This document shows, one piece after another, positions 49,649 through 59,714 of a stretch of DNA of 64,000 nt. The DNA comes from Alphaproteobacteria bacterium. GTDB taxonomy: Bacteria > Pseudomonadota > Alphaproteobacteria > SP197. Numbering within the stretch: position 1 is the first letter of the stretch; every line of letters starts with the position of its first letter. The position numbers and the translations under genes are program-made. The notes beneath the pieces are model-generated. The model made no database searches and was not told the origin of the DNA. It was given only the letters and a program-made list of their open reading frames with translations. The stretch lies in contig OZ219917.1 in assembly GCA_964291415.2 (NCBI GenBank), positions 288,001 through 352,000 of the forward strand, in the 5' to 3' direction.

Positions 49649-50842
49649 TCAGTACTTCCCGATGGCATCAAAGTCGAGTTCGACGAGTGGCTCATGGCTG
49701 TCGTCGGACGTCCTGACAATCCTGATGAAGTTCATGTCCGCCAACCGCATCAGTTCCCTCTGGAACGTCCGTCTTGTCACTCCCTTGTAAGCCTCCCTGA
49801 TGTAGGGTGATGCGAGCAGCTCCGACAGGCCAACCATGCGAGACGGGTATTCGGAGAATGGATCGACGGGTTCCGTTTCGGCAATGAGGTAGTCGAGAAG
49901 GTTGTATTCTCTATGATTGAGAACCCTTCTTCGCTGACCGACCCTGGTGTTGAAGGCACGAACGAGCATGGCGCGATAGACGACCCGGTTCAGTCTGCTC
50001 TTGACGAAGTTGTTGATGCCTTCGAGTTCTTCCAGGAAACCTCGCACCCCGAACGTGATGAATCCGGTCACATCGAACGGCCGGGTACGCCGGCATTCCT
50101 GCAACGTCGTCTTGTACTCGGCCTCATGCTTGTAGAAATAGTTCGAAAGCCCGTAGAAGCCGAGAATGTTGTAACCGCCCTGGAACAGTATGCCGGCCTC
50201 AACCAGGCGCGACACGCGGCCGTTTCCGTCACCAAAGGGATGGATGGTGACAAGAAAATAGTGGGCCAGGAGCGCGCGAATGACGGGGTGGAGACCATTC
50301 GTCTCCCGTGAATTCATGAAAGCGATGTACTCGTCAATCAGGCGGTGTATGCGCTCATGCGGTGCTCCTCGATGCACCCCCCCGAGATCAGGTGAGCCGA
50401 CAACGACGGGAAAGTCCCTGAATCTCCCGGGTACATTGTGAACTTCATCGGAGCTTGTGGTCATCATCGCGTGCATCGACAGAATATCGCCCGCACTGAG
50501 AGGAGAGCTGCCTGGGGTGAACCTCTTCTGCACCCATTGTTGGGCGAGGCCTGCATTCCGGACCTGTTGCTGGTCCCTGGTGGCTGACGGCTGCCCCGTA
50601 CCGGAAGACTGTTCGATGATGGCGATCTGCCGGGATACCTCGGCCTCCGTCAACTGGTTCCCTTCAAGGGCCGTCGTACCATGAACAGCCCGCACGCGGT
50701 TCAGCTGATCCAGCTGCTCCCGCCAGTCGGGCGGCAAAACGAGATTCTGGGCAGACAGCTTGTAGGCTTCGATGGATACGAGGTCCTGAAACAACCCGGC
50801 CCTATCCAGTCTGTACGTGAACGTGAAAGTGTCCCAATCCAT
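49649..50842 (-). CDS. Fic domain protein with C-terminal winged-helix-like region
   Basis: HPFGDGNGRVSR Fic motif; N-terminal TTALEGN inhibitory-like (S/T)xxxE(G/N) motif; visibly more AT-rich than neighbours. Confidence 0.92.
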   Translation of the reverse strand: MDWDTFTFTYRLDRAGLFQDLVSIEAYKLSAQNLVLPPDWREQLDQLNRVRAVHGTTALEGNQLTEAEVSRQIAIIEQSSGTGQPSATRDQQQVRNAGLAQQWVQKRFTPGSSPLSAGDILSMHAMMTTSSDEVHNVPGRFRDFPVVVGSPDLGGVHRGAPHERIHRLIDEYIAFMNSRETNGLHPVIRALLAHYFLVTIHPFGDGNGRVSRLVEAGILFQGGYNILGFYGLSNYFYKHEAEYKTTLQECRRTRPFDVTGFITFGVRGFLEELEGINNFVKSRLNRVVYRAMLVRAFNTRVGQRRRVLNHREYNLLDYLIAETEPVDPFSEYPSRMVGLSELLASPYIREAYKGVTRRTFQRELMRLADMNFIRIVRTSDDSHEPLVELDFDAIGKY

Positions 50843-50843
50843 G

Positions 50844-50960
50844 TTGACATCCTGTTTGACGTCTTATTTGACCTCTTCGTTATCCGAATATCGAGTTTAT
50901 ATCAAGCGGATACCATAACTGCCTGCTGTAATTGACACTCTATTTGACTCGTTGTTTGGC
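50844..50960. repeat. Two triplets of TTGAC boxes at 12-bp period upstream of fic
   Basis: TTGAC at 50844, 50856, 50868 and TTGAC/TTGAC/TTGGC at 50932, 50944, 50956. Confidence 0.75.
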
Positions 50961-51063
50961 ATACCGCCTGGGCATTGTCACTGCCGGCTCCGACGTGGGC
51001 GATGCCGCCCGGCACCAGCATCAGGGACGAGACGGACGCGTGCGGGATATCCTGCCGGTCCGG

Positions 51064-51510
51064 TCAGACAGGCCAGTCTATGACATGGTCGGGGAGATCC
51101 TCGTCGGCGACATCGGCCTCCGAGACGACGCGGTTCGACAGCGACACCCCGGCGCGATGCACGCTGTCGGGATCACCCGACACCAGGGGGTGCCAATCGG
51201 GAAGATCGCGGCCCTCGTGGAGCAGGCGGTAGGCACAGGTGCCGGGCAGCCACGCCAGCAGGGAGGAGATGGTCTCCGGCGTGATGCGGATGCATTCCGG
51301 CACCCTTTGGATGCGCCTCGCATAGTCCCGGCAGCGGCAGGTGACGGTGTCGAGCAGGAAGCATGCGACATCGGTGTTGGAGATGGTGCCGTCATCAACG
51401 TCCTCGAGCTTCACGAGGCAGCACTTGCCGCAGCCGTCGCAGAGCGATTCCCATTCCTGGGTGTCCATCTCCTCCAGGGACTTGGTGCGCCAGAAAGGTT
51501 CTTCGGCCAT
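51064..51510 (-). CDS. YcgN family cysteine-cluster protein
   Basis: PFW..K.LEEM...EWESLCDGCGKCC, WLP.TCAYR, WHPLVSG. Confidence 0.92.
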   Translation of the reverse strand: MAEEPFWRTKSLEEMDTQEWESLCDGCGKCCLVKLEDVDDGTISNTDVACFLLDTVTCRCRDYARRIQRVPECIRITPETISSLLAWLPGTCAYRLLHEGRDLPDWHPLVSGDPDSVHRAGVSLSNRVVSEADVADEDLPDHVIDWPV

Positions 51511-52838
51511 CAGTAGACACCCCCGTAGCGCCGGCAGACCTCCTCCGGCGTCAATCCTGATACCGCCTCCAGTTCCCCGCGCTTGTGCATGATGTAGGCT
51601 TCGAGAAGCTCGCCCGGCAGGAGTGTCCCGGCATCAGGCGCGCGCTCGAGGCGGTCGAGAGCCTCGCCAAGCGAGACCGGCAGGCGTTCGACACCATGCC
51701 TGCGGCGTTCACTGTCGCTCATCGCATCGGGATCCGATGACACCGGTTGCGGCGTCGCCAGGCCCTCGCGGATTCCTTCGAGGCCGGCCCGCACGAGGAT
51801 GCCGAGCTGGAGCCAGGGACTGGCGGCCGCGTCACCGGCGCGGAATTCGACATTGAAGGCCGAGGCGACATCGGCGCCGGGGGTTTCCGGGCCCGGGCAG
51901 ATGCGGATCGCCGCCTCGCGGTCACGCCATCCCAGATTGTTGTAGGCCGAACTCCAGGAATGCGGCTTGAGGCGCTGGTAGGAAGCCGCCGACGGCGCCG
52001 TGACGGCAACCATCGCCGGCAGGCGCTTCAGGATTCCGGCGACAAAGCTCCCCATGACGCCCGACAGGCCCGAAGGTTGCGTCGGATCGTGGCTCATCGG
52101 CCGGCCTTCGCGGTCCTGGAAGCTCATGTGGATGTGGACGCCGTTGCCGGGGCCGGCGGGATCGACCTGCGGCGAGAAGCTGACATCCCGGCCGAGGCGC
52201 CTGGCGGCGGCGCGCACCATTTCCCGGGCGATGATGGCGCGGTCCGCCGCTGCCATGGCCGGCGCCGGCTTGACGGTGAACTCGAACTGGCTCCTGCCGA
52301 ACTCCGGCAGGAAGGTCTCAGGCTCGGCGCCTGCGGACTGGAGCGCGTGGAGTACGGCGCCCGGAAAATCGCCGGCGCGCCTCACCTTGTCGAGGCTGTA
52401 GGAATCGCCTTCGCGGTCCTCCAGGCCGCCATCGTGGAACTCGTGCTCGAAGGCGGCGATCAGCCGCAATCCGGTCTCGCTTTCCAGCTCGTTGAGCGCG
52501 CAGCGGAGATAGTGGCGCAGGCAGCAATCCCAGGGCGCGCCGTCCATGCCGAAAAGGTCGCCCAGCATGAAGCGCTCCGCCACGCTGCCATCGCCGAAGT
52601 CGACCTCGACGGCGGAGGTCGCATCGGGCATCAGGACAAGATCGCCCAGCGGCCCCCAGGGTGTCGCCGGAATCTGGCCCCAGCAGTTGATCATGTGATT
52701 GGTGAACGTGTAGCCCACCCCCGCGACAAGCCGTTCGTCGAGCTCGCTCGCAGGAAATCCCTTGCCCCTCACCTGGCCGGCAAGGTCGCTGGTGACCACC
52801 ATGATCAACGGCACACGGTGCACGACATCCTCTCCCAT
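51510..52838 (-). CDS. Glutamine synthetase-like (gamma-glutamylamide ligase) protein
   Basis: RGKG, AFEHEF, E.G..QFE, GNGVHIH.S, SYQRL.PH.WS, REAAIR, EFRAGDA.ASPWL. Confidence 0.88.
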   Translation of the reverse strand: MGEDVVHRVPLIMVVTSDLAGQVRGKGFPASELDERLVAGVGYTFTNHMINCWGQIPATPWGPLGDLVLMPDATSAVEVDFGDGSVAERFMLGDLFGMDGAPWDCCLRHYLRCALNELESETGLRLIAAFEHEFHDGGLEDREGDSYSLDKVRRAGDFPGAVLHALQSAGAEPETFLPEFGRSQFEFTVKPAPAMAAADRAIIAREMVRAAARRLGRDVSFSPQVDPAGPGNGVHIHMSFQDREGRPMSHDPTQPSGLSGVMGSFVAGILKRLPAMVAVTAPSAASYQRLKPHSWSSAYNNLGWRDREAAIRICPGPETPGADVASAFNVEFRAGDAAASPWLQLGILVRAGLEGIREGLATPQPVSSDPDAMSDSERRRHGVERLPVSLGEALDRLERAPDAGTLLPGELLEAYIMHKRGELEAVSGLTPEEVCRRYGGVY

Positions 52839-53692
52839 CACGACGACGCCGGCGCGCCATCCGGCGCGGGCCTTCGGCATTCCTCGAGATAGGCGCGCAG
52901 GGTTCGCGGCGACTGCCCGGTCAGGATCTCGATCCAGCCCGAGATCAGGGTCGCAGGCCGGGCGCGGTATGATTGCCAGTGCACGATCATCGACCGCGCG
53001 AAGCCCTCGTCCATGCCGCTTTCGAGAAGCCCGCGCAGTGCCTCGGCATCGCTCACCGGACGGCAGGCAACGGGCGTTGCGAAGACCTCCGCAATGAGCG
53101 CTGCCAGGGCGGGTTGCGTGAAGGCCTCCGGCCCCGTCAGATCGTAGATTCGGCCATCATGGCCGGTCCCGTCGAGAACCGCGGCGGCCACGTCGGCGAT
53201 GTCGCGCGTGTCGACAAACGGCGTCGTGGCTGCGCCCTGGGGCGAGCGCAGCACCCCCCGCTCAACGACGGCGAGGGGATCGAGCGACTGGTTGAACGCG
53301 GTCGGACGCAGAATTGTCCACGCCAGGCCCGAAGCGCGCAGGTGGCGTTCGGCGACGCCGTTCCAGCGTCGAAAGTCCGACGGGTTGGCGTCGTGCGCAT
53401 CGTAGGCCGAGAGCTTGACGACGTGGCGGACACCGTTGCGTACCGCCGAATCGATCGCCCGCATCTCGAGTTCGGCCTGATCCGGGGTTGGCGCGCAGGC
53501 AAGGTACATGCGCTCGACGCCGGCCATCGCGGCGGCAAGACTGGCCGAATCGCGGAAATCGCCGCGCACGCATTCGACGCCGCCCTCGAGCGCCGCGCCA
53601 CGCACCAGGGCACGAAAGGAAAGACCGCGTGACCGCAGCGCCGGCACGAGCTCGCGACCGACCTGTCCCGTTGCCGCCGTGACAAGGATCAT
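52838..53692 (-). CDS. NmrA-like NAD(P)-binding oxidoreductase
   Basis: ILVTAATGQVG, WTILRP..F.Q, VD.RDIA.VA, Y.LTGPE. Confidence 0.85.
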   Translation of the reverse strand: MILVTAATGQVGRELVPALRSRGLSFRALVRGAALEGGVECVRGDFRDSASLAAAMAGVERMYLACAPTPDQAELEMRAIDSAVRNGVRHVVKLSAYDAHDANPSDFRRWNGVAERHLRASGLAWTILRPTAFNQSLDPLAVVERGVLRSPQGAATTPFVDTRDIADVAAAVLDGTGHDGRIYDLTGPEAFTQPALAALIAEVFATPVACRPVSDAEALRGLLESGMDEGFARSMIVHWQSYRARPATLISGWIEILTGQSPRTLRAYLEECRRPAPDGAPASS

Positions 53693-53699
53693 CGCACCC

Positions 53700-54797
53700 T
53701 CAGGCGAAACCGTAGATGCGCCTCGCGTTGTCAAAGACGATGCGGCGCCTGTCTTCCATGGAAATGCCGGCAAAGGTCCGCTCGATCACTTCCTGGCTGT
53801 GCGGGAAGGTTCCTTCGTCGTGCGGATAGTCGCTGCCCCACAGGAGAACCTCCGATCCGGTGAAGTCCAGCAGTCTCAGGGCAACAGGATCGTCGCTGAA
53901 GGTTACCGCTCCCTGTCGCCGGAAGAACTCGCTCGGTCTCATCTCCAGGTGGGGACGGATCCACATGTGCTTCTTCTCCACCTGTTCGTCGAGCACTTGG
54001 AGCAGCCAGGCGAGCCACCCGGCGCCGCACTCGACAACGACGAACTTGAGATCGGGATAGCGCTGCAGCGCACCCGACGCGATCAGCAGCGCCACCGGGC
54101 TCTGCCCCCTGGCCATGCTCATGGCCATGTGGGCAAGGGCGCCGCCATGGCCTTCCTCCTCACCCCAGTCGTCGGGATACTGATCCTCGCTCTCGGTGAA
54201 GGCATGGAGCGAGATGACGAGATCGTGATCGGCGCAGGCCGACCACAGCCGATCATAGTCGGGCAGGTTGTAGGGCCTGTCGTCCACGGTCAGGGGAATC
54301 TTGATGCTGCGGTACCCTTCCCGCGCCACCCTCGCGACCTCGCGAACGGCTTCGTCGAGATCGATGACCGGAACGATGGCAACGGGAACAAACTTCTCGC
54401 GGTGTCCGCCAAAGTGCTCGATGCACCAGTCGTTGTAGGCGCGGGCCACGGCAAACTGGTAGCCCGGATCGCGTGAGTTGTAGAGAAAGAGCGAGGTGTT
54501 GGGATAGAGAACCTCGGCGCTGATGCCGTCACGGACCTGGTCCGCCAGGCGACGCTCGATGTCCCGGCCGCCGCTGGGATCATTGCGGAACTCGCGATTC
54601 TGGTCGTCCTCGTCCGTACGCTCCGAGGCAAGGTCGATACGCCGCGGCTTCTTGCCGTCCACCACGAAATAGGTGGCGCCGTCGCGCTCCTCGAACCTCG
54701 GGACGCGGTCCCGGTACTTCCTGTCCAGCCTCTCCCCGTAGAGTTCCGGAGGTTCCTGCACGTGGCTGTCAGCCGAGATCACGCGCTGATCGCTCAT
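53700..54797 (-). CDS. Amidohydrolase family 2 protein
   Basis: ISADSHV.EP, AYNDW, VECGAGW, WGSDYPH.EGT. Confidence 0.88.
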   Translation of the reverse strand: MSDQRVISADSHVQEPPELYGERLDRKYRDRVPRFEERDGATYFVVDGKKPRRIDLASERTDEDDQNREFRNDPSGGRDIERRLADQVRDGISAEVLYPNTSLFLYNSRDPGYQFAVARAYNDWCIEHFGGHREKFVPVAIVPVIDLDEAVREVARVAREGYRSIKIPLTVDDRPYNLPDYDRLWSACADHDLVISLHAFTESEDQYPDDWGEEEGHGGALAHMAMSMARGQSPVALLIASGALQRYPDLKFVVVECGAGWLAWLLQVLDEQVEKKHMWIRPHLEMRPSEFFRRQGAVTFSDDPVALRLLDFTGSEVLLWGSDYPHDEGTFPHSQEVIERTFAGISMEDRRRIVFDNARRIYGFA

Positions 54798-55010
54798 CGT
54801 TCACTCCCGTCCCCTCGAGTCCTGGCAAGAGTGCACCCGACAACGGACACGACTCAAGCCCCGCGATCCCTCCACCGCCGGCGCGCCGCAAGGCGCATCC
54901 TCGACCGGCTACTGCTCCACGATCACAATGGCCACGCCGCCGAGTCCGTCCCGGCCGCACGGCACCCGGGTCCGGCGTCAGACCGGCACATGAACTTGCC
55001 ATGACGACAG

Positions 55011-55070
55011 GTGTCGATGTGTTGTCATGTCATCGACACGTTGACGTGACATGTCGACGGGATCGACATG
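55011..55070. promoter_or_regulatory. Two adjacent inverted repeats sharing TGTCGA/TCGACA half-sites in a divergent promoter
   Basis: GTGTCGATG-N11-CATCGACAC (55011-55039) and CATGTCGA-N5-TCGACATG (55050-55070). Confidence 0.55.
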
Positions 55071-55180
55071 ACCTCATCCAAACTGCCGCCGGCTTCGGAA
55101 ATCGAGGCACACGCCCTATAATCATTTCTGGATGGGGCTTGATGCCTCGGGTTCCCCGTCAACCGGAAGGAGCACTGATC

Positions 55181-56071
55181 ATGGCTGAAGCACGCATCGA
55201 ACACGTGGCCGCGGGAACAACGACCGACAGCATTGTCGAGATCCTCGATCGGGACGGTTGCGTCATCATCGACAGGCTGATCAGCGAGGCGCGATGCGAT
55301 CGGATACTCGATGAACTGCATCCCTGGATGAGCAAGGTGCCGACCGGCGCCGGCGAGTGGCTGGGTTTCAGGACGAGACGCACTCACGGCCTTGTCGCCA
55401 AGTCACAGGCGGTTCGCGAGGAAATCTGCAATGCTGAGGTGCTCGCGATCCTCGACCGGATGCTGGGACCGTGGTGCGACAGCTATCAGCTGAGCTCGAG
55501 TTCGACGACGTCGATCGGACCTGGTGAATCGGCGCAGGAAGTTCACCGGGATGCCCTGATGTTTCCGTTCAAGCATCCAACGGAGCGCGTGGCCTACATG
55601 ACGGCCTTCTGGGCGCTGGCCGAGTTCACCAGGGAAAACGGTGCCACCCGCGTGGTTCCGGGAAGCCACCGCTGGGATGACGAGCGCGTCGCCCGGGAGG
55701 ACGAGTTTGCCCAGGCCGTGATGGACAAGGGATCGTGCCTTGTCTTCACCTACGCCGTTCACCACGGCGGCGGCGCCAACACGACGAAGGATGTCTGGCG
55801 CCACGCCCTGTTCCTCTCCTACGTGGTTGGCTGGCTGCGCCAGGAGGAGAACCAGTACCTGGTCAGTCCGGTCGAGGTGGCCCGGCACTACCCCGAACAG
55901 CTCCAGCGGCTCATCGGTTACCAGGTTCACCGGCCCTTCCTGGGCTGGTACGACCTGCAGGAACCGCTGAAGCTGCTGCAGGGCTACGAGGAAACGTCGG
56001 AAGCCAACGTCGATCTCTACGCCGCCGGCGAGGAGCACGGGGTCCTGAGCAAGAATGTGCGCAGGCTTTGA
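55181..56071 (+). CDS. Phytanoyl-CoA dioxygenase (PhyH) family Fe(II)/2OG oxygenase
   Basis: IGPGE.AQ.VHRD (HxD), FT.ENGAT.VVPGSH.W, HHGGGAN, GWLRQEENQYL; RBS AAGGAG. Confidence 0.9.
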   Translation: MAEARIEHVAAGTTTDSIVEILDRDGCVIIDRLISEARCDRILDELHPWMSKVPTGAGEWLGFRTRRTHGLVAKSQAVREEICNAEVLAILDRMLGPWCDSYQLSSSSTTSIGPGESAQEVHRDALMFPFKHPTERVAYMTAFWALAEFTRENGATRVVPGSHRWDDERVAREDEFAQAVMDKGSCLVFTYAVHHGGGANTTKDVWRHALFLSYVVGWLRQEENQYLVSPVEVARHYPEQLQRLIGYQVHRPFLGWYDLQEPLKLLQGYEETSEANVDLYAAGEEHGVLSKNVRRL

Positions 56072-56238
56072 CCCCTCGAGTAGCCGTACTTGACCGTTGC
56101 CGAGTATCGACGTGTCGCCTCCCCTGCGCGAGACCTGGTCACAGCCACCTCCGAAGGGTTTGCCGCAAAACAGTCGGGCCATGACGCGCGAGGGACCGGT
56201 CATCGGTCCGACCCGTTCGCCCCTGTGGTCGGAAACGA

Positions 56239-59200
56239 TCAGGCAGCGTCGAGGTTGACGACCGAAACGCCGTCGCCCAGCACCTGGCGGGCAAGGCCGA
56301 CGAGGTGGGCATGGTGCGTGAACACCAGTACCTGGCAGCTGCCGGCCAGCTGGTGGAGCGCTTCCAGGCCAGCGCCCGCGCGCTCGTCGTCGAAGTTGAC
56401 GAAGAGATCGTCGGCGACAAAGGGCAGGGCGGCATTTTCTTCCAGCCAGCCGTCAATCGCGGCAAGTCTCAACGCAAGCCACAACTGATCCACCGTGCCG
56501 TCGCTCATGCCCGTGACATCGACTTCACTGCCGTCGACCCGCGTCCCGGCCAGGACTGCCTGGTCCTTCTCGTCGTAGACGAGGCCAAGACCGCTGAAGG
56601 ACCCCAGAGTCAGGGTGGCAAAGAGACTTGAGGCTCTCTTCAACAGCGGCGCCTGCTGTTCGGCCCGGTAGCGGTCGACAGCCCACTGCAGGAGTCTCAA
56701 GCCCGTCTGGGCACGCACATAGCGTACCGAGAGGTCTTCCAGTTCCGCCAGAATCGCCTGGCGGTCCCAGGCGGCCGCAACCGCTGCATCCCCGCCGTCG
56801 ATGGATTCGAGGGTGGCCGCCGCCTGCCGTTCCGCAAGAGCCGCCCTGTCGATCGGGTCATCGAGCTCCCTCAGCCTGTCGGACATGGAGTCGATTTCGG
56901 CCCCCAGCCGATCGGGATCCACGTCCCGGGCCTCCTCCTCCAGCTCTCGTTCGGAACGCCCTCCGCCGTTCTTCGCCAGGGATTCGGTGAGCGTGTCCAC
57001 TTCGCGTGCGAGACGTGCCGCTTCACCCGATCGCGCGATTTCGCGACGCAGTTCACCGACGGTTTCAACGCCGGCGCGGGCGATGAGATCACGGATCGTG
57101 ATGTCTGCCCCGCGTCTGGCATGGCGAATATCCTCGAGTTCCCGTTCCCTTTGGGCCAACGAGTCCTTCATGCGTTCGAGCCGGTCCTGCTTCGCCACTT
57201 CATCCGACAGCTGCCTGGCAAGATCCCTGACGACCGTGTCGGCATCCCTGTTTCCCGTTTCCTCGGCCACCGCTTTCGCAAGACTACCGACACGGGTCGC
57301 GAAGGCCTCGAGATCACGCTCGATCTTGCCGATCCGTCTTTCTCTCAGTTCCGCCGCGCGGTCCATGTCGCCGCGAATCTCCTCGATAATGCGCAGCCTT
57401 TCGCCGGCCTGGTCAGGCGACTCAAGGACGTCGAATCCCTCGGCAGCGGTGCGCCAGGTCTCACGCAGGGACACGATGTCGGCTTCCTTCCTGGCCAGGG
57501 CCGAAGCCTTCTCCCGTTCCTCGTGCCGGGCCTCGTCCAGTTCGCGTGCAAGGTCGGCGCGCTTGCGGTTCCTGTCGTTCAGCGTATCGCAATGGCTGGC
57601 GACGAGTGACCGGACAACACTGAATGGTCTCGCGCTCAGACCCTCTGTCTCCATGCCGAGAACAGCCGCTTCTGCAATGAGAAGGTCCTGTGCCTTGCGT
57701 TCTTCCGCGGTGCAGGCCGCGAGGGCCCGCGCAGCTCTTCTCTCCTCTTCGTGCGCCTGCAGCGCGGCCTGGCGATCAATCAGCCACTTCACCATGGCAT
57801 CGGGGTCGAGCGGATCGCCGGGAAGGTCTCGCAGGAGATCATTCCACGTCTCGTGGAGGGCACACACCCGGCGGTCATGCTCGTCGCGTTCCGCGCTGAG
57901 CGTGGCGCGCCTGGCCTCCAGGCGACCCACGGCATCGGCGATCTCCTCGAGGCGGGCCACCGTCCGGGCGGCGGAGAACCGCCTGTCTGCCGCCTCGTCG
58001 GCCTGGTGAATCGCCTCCGCGAGGTCATCGACAGGATCGCTTCCGGCGCTCGCCTGCCCACCGGCGAGGCAGGTGCGGACGGTGTCGAGATGTTGATCGC
58101 GGGCCTGCCGCAGTGCTTCGATCTCCTCGGCAGTGACAATCTCGCCGGTGACGACAAGGGCCTTGCGCTGTGCTTCATGGCTTGCGAGTTCGCGTTCGAC
58201 GGATGCAAGGTCTTCGCGACAGGCATCCCGACGGTCAACGGCCTGTCTGAGGCTGTCCCGCAACTCCTGCACACGTTCCAGCGGCGGTACCCAGAGACCG
58301 GCCAGACGATCGACATCGCCAGCCAGCGGCAGCAAGGGCCGGACCAGAGTTTCGCTGCGGGAGGCGAGATCACGGTGCTCGCGCTCCGCTGCCTTGCGGG
58401 CGGTTTCCGGATCAGCACTCCCGTCCATTGCCTGCAGGGCAACCTGCAGTGGTCCGACTTTCGATTCCGGCCCCATTTCCTGAAGCCGTTCGCCCAGAAT
58501 CCTGGCGCGTTCACCTGTATCGCTTGCCTGCTGGCGCGCCAGATCGCGGACGTGCCCCAGACGAATCCATTCGTCGCCGAGTTCGCGCAGCCGCGTCACG
58601 AGATGCGGCGCCGGCATGCGCCACGCCTGCGGTTCTTCCAGTCCGAGGTCCTGAGCCCGAACCTGCAGGCGTTGTTCCACATCTGCAAGTTCGCGGCGTC
58701 GCTTGGGAAGGTCCTCCCTTTCCGGTTGCAGCTGGATGCGCCGCTGGTCGAGATCCGTGATCTCCCTTGCGTTCTCCAGCAGCGCGCCATTGATTGCGAT
58801 GGACACCGCCTCTTCGTTTTCCCGGGCGATCTGGTTCTCGAGTTGCTCGATCTTCGCATCGTGCAACGACACGGCGCGCTCGGCCCCGTCCAGAACCTCC
58901 AGGACATCGTCAGCAAACGGCTGGACGTCGCCAAGCACGGCCAGGGTGGCGAGCAGTTCCTTCTTGCGTACGAGATCAGGATAGACCAGCCGGATGCGGT
59001 TCAGGCGCTGGCTCGCCTGGCGCAGATCCGCACGCTGGCGCCGCAAGTCCTCGAGGGTCGTTCGGGCCTCGTGCGCCTCTTCCCGGGCCCGCTTCCAGTC
59101 ATCACCGGTTACCGTGGCCTCACCCAGCGCGGCGGTGGCGTCGTTGAGCCGGTCGACAAGCTGGTAGAACGGCTTGCCCGCCGTTTTCCTCGGCGTGAAG

Positions 59201-59712
59201 AGTGTTGCGGCCTCTTCCTTCATGGCGCGTATGTGGAGAGCGATCTCCTCGGTACCGGTGGCGGCTCCGAAGATCATGGCTGCGGTCTCGCTGTGCGGAT
59301 CGGAGAGCTCCTGCCCGCTCTTCCTCAAGCGTTCGTGCGAAAGGCTGAACATGCGCTCGAGAAAGTTCCGGTCAGCGCCACCCAGAAAGAACAGCAGGGC
59401 ATCGGGCGCAAGCGCCTGGCCACAGGCGTCGAGAAGCGTGTTCGACTTCCCCTTGCGGCGGCGGAATTCGAGGCAGCGGTCTTCGTGTTCGATGAGGGCT
59501 CCCACCATCATGTCGCGGTATCCGTGCTGGAAGCCGAAGGCCGAGCGCTGGGGAATGCCGAAAAGCGCATCTTCCAGGGCGTTGCGCGACGTCGATTTAC
59601 CGGCCTCGTTGGTGCCAACGATGATGTGGAAGTCATGGCCGCCTTCGGGAAACTCCAGCGACCGGTTGCTGAAATGCCCGTAGCTGAGGAGGTCGAGGCG
59701 GCAGACCCTCAC
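56239..59712 (-). CDS. YhaN-like SMC/Rad50-type ATPase with long coiled coil (AAA_27)
   Basis: Walker A GTNEAGKST, signature MSDGT.DQLWLALRLA, Walker B/D-loop VADDLFVNFDDER, FTHH. Confidence 0.9.
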   Translation of the reverse strand: MRVCRLDLLSYGHFSNRSLEFPEGGHDFHIIVGTNEAGKSTSRNALEDALFGIPQRSAFGFQHGYRDMMVGALIEHEDRCLEFRRRKGKSNTLLDACGQALAPDALLFFLGGADRNFLERMFSLSHERLRKSGQELSDPHSETAAMIFGAATGTEEIALHIRAMKEEAATLFTPRKTAGKPFYQLVDRLNDATAALGEATVTGDDWKRAREEAHEARTTLEDLRRQRADLRQASQRLNRIRLVYPDLVRKKELLATLAVLGDVQPFADDVLEVLDGAERAVSLHDAKIEQLENQIARENEEAVSIAINGALLENAREITDLDQRRIQLQPEREDLPKRRRELADVEQRLQVRAQDLGLEEPQAWRMPAPHLVTRLRELGDEWIRLGHVRDLARQQASDTGERARILGERLQEMGPESKVGPLQVALQAMDGSADPETARKAAEREHRDLASRSETLVRPLLPLAGDVDRLAGLWVPPLERVQELRDSLRQAVDRRDACREDLASVERELASHEAQRKALVVTGEIVTAEEIEALRQARDQHLDTVRTCLAGGQASAGSDPVDDLAEAIHQADEAADRRFSAARTVARLEEIADAVGRLEARRATLSAERDEHDRRVCALHETWNDLLRDLPGDPLDPDAMVKWLIDRQAALQAHEEERRAARALAACTAEERKAQDLLIAEAAVLGMETEGLSARPFSVVRSLVASHCDTLNDRNRKRADLARELDEARHEEREKASALARKEADIVSLRETWRTAAEGFDVLESPDQAGERLRIIEEIRGDMDRAAELRERRIGKIERDLEAFATRVGSLAKAVAEETGNRDADTVVRDLARQLSDEVAKQDRLERMKDSLAQRERELEDIRHARRGADITIRDLIARAGVETVGELRREIARSGEAARLAREVDTLTESLAKNGGGRSERELEEEARDVDPDRLGAEIDSMSDRLRELDDPIDRAALAERQAAATLESIDGGDAAVAAAWDRQAILAELEDLSVRYVRAQTGLRLLQWAVDRYRAEQQAPLLKRASSLFATLTLGSFSGLGLVYDEKDQAVLAGTRVDGSEVDVTGMSDGTVDQLWLALRLAAIDGWLEENAALPFVADDLFVNFDDERAGAGLEALHQLAGSCQVLVFTHHAHLVGLARQVLGDGVSVVNLDAA

Positions 59713-59714
59713 GA

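Noticed and set aside
48897-49790. C-terminal half of the 576-aa ORF 48060-49790 as a real domain
   Set aside because: Low-complexity Arg/Gly/Pro sequence produced by the frameshift; the true continuation is the 48934-49470 frame.
54811-56081. 10-bp direct repeat CCCCTCGAGT flanking the phyH gene
   Set aside because: Too short to distinguish from chance in GC-rich DNA, and there is no other sign of insertion.
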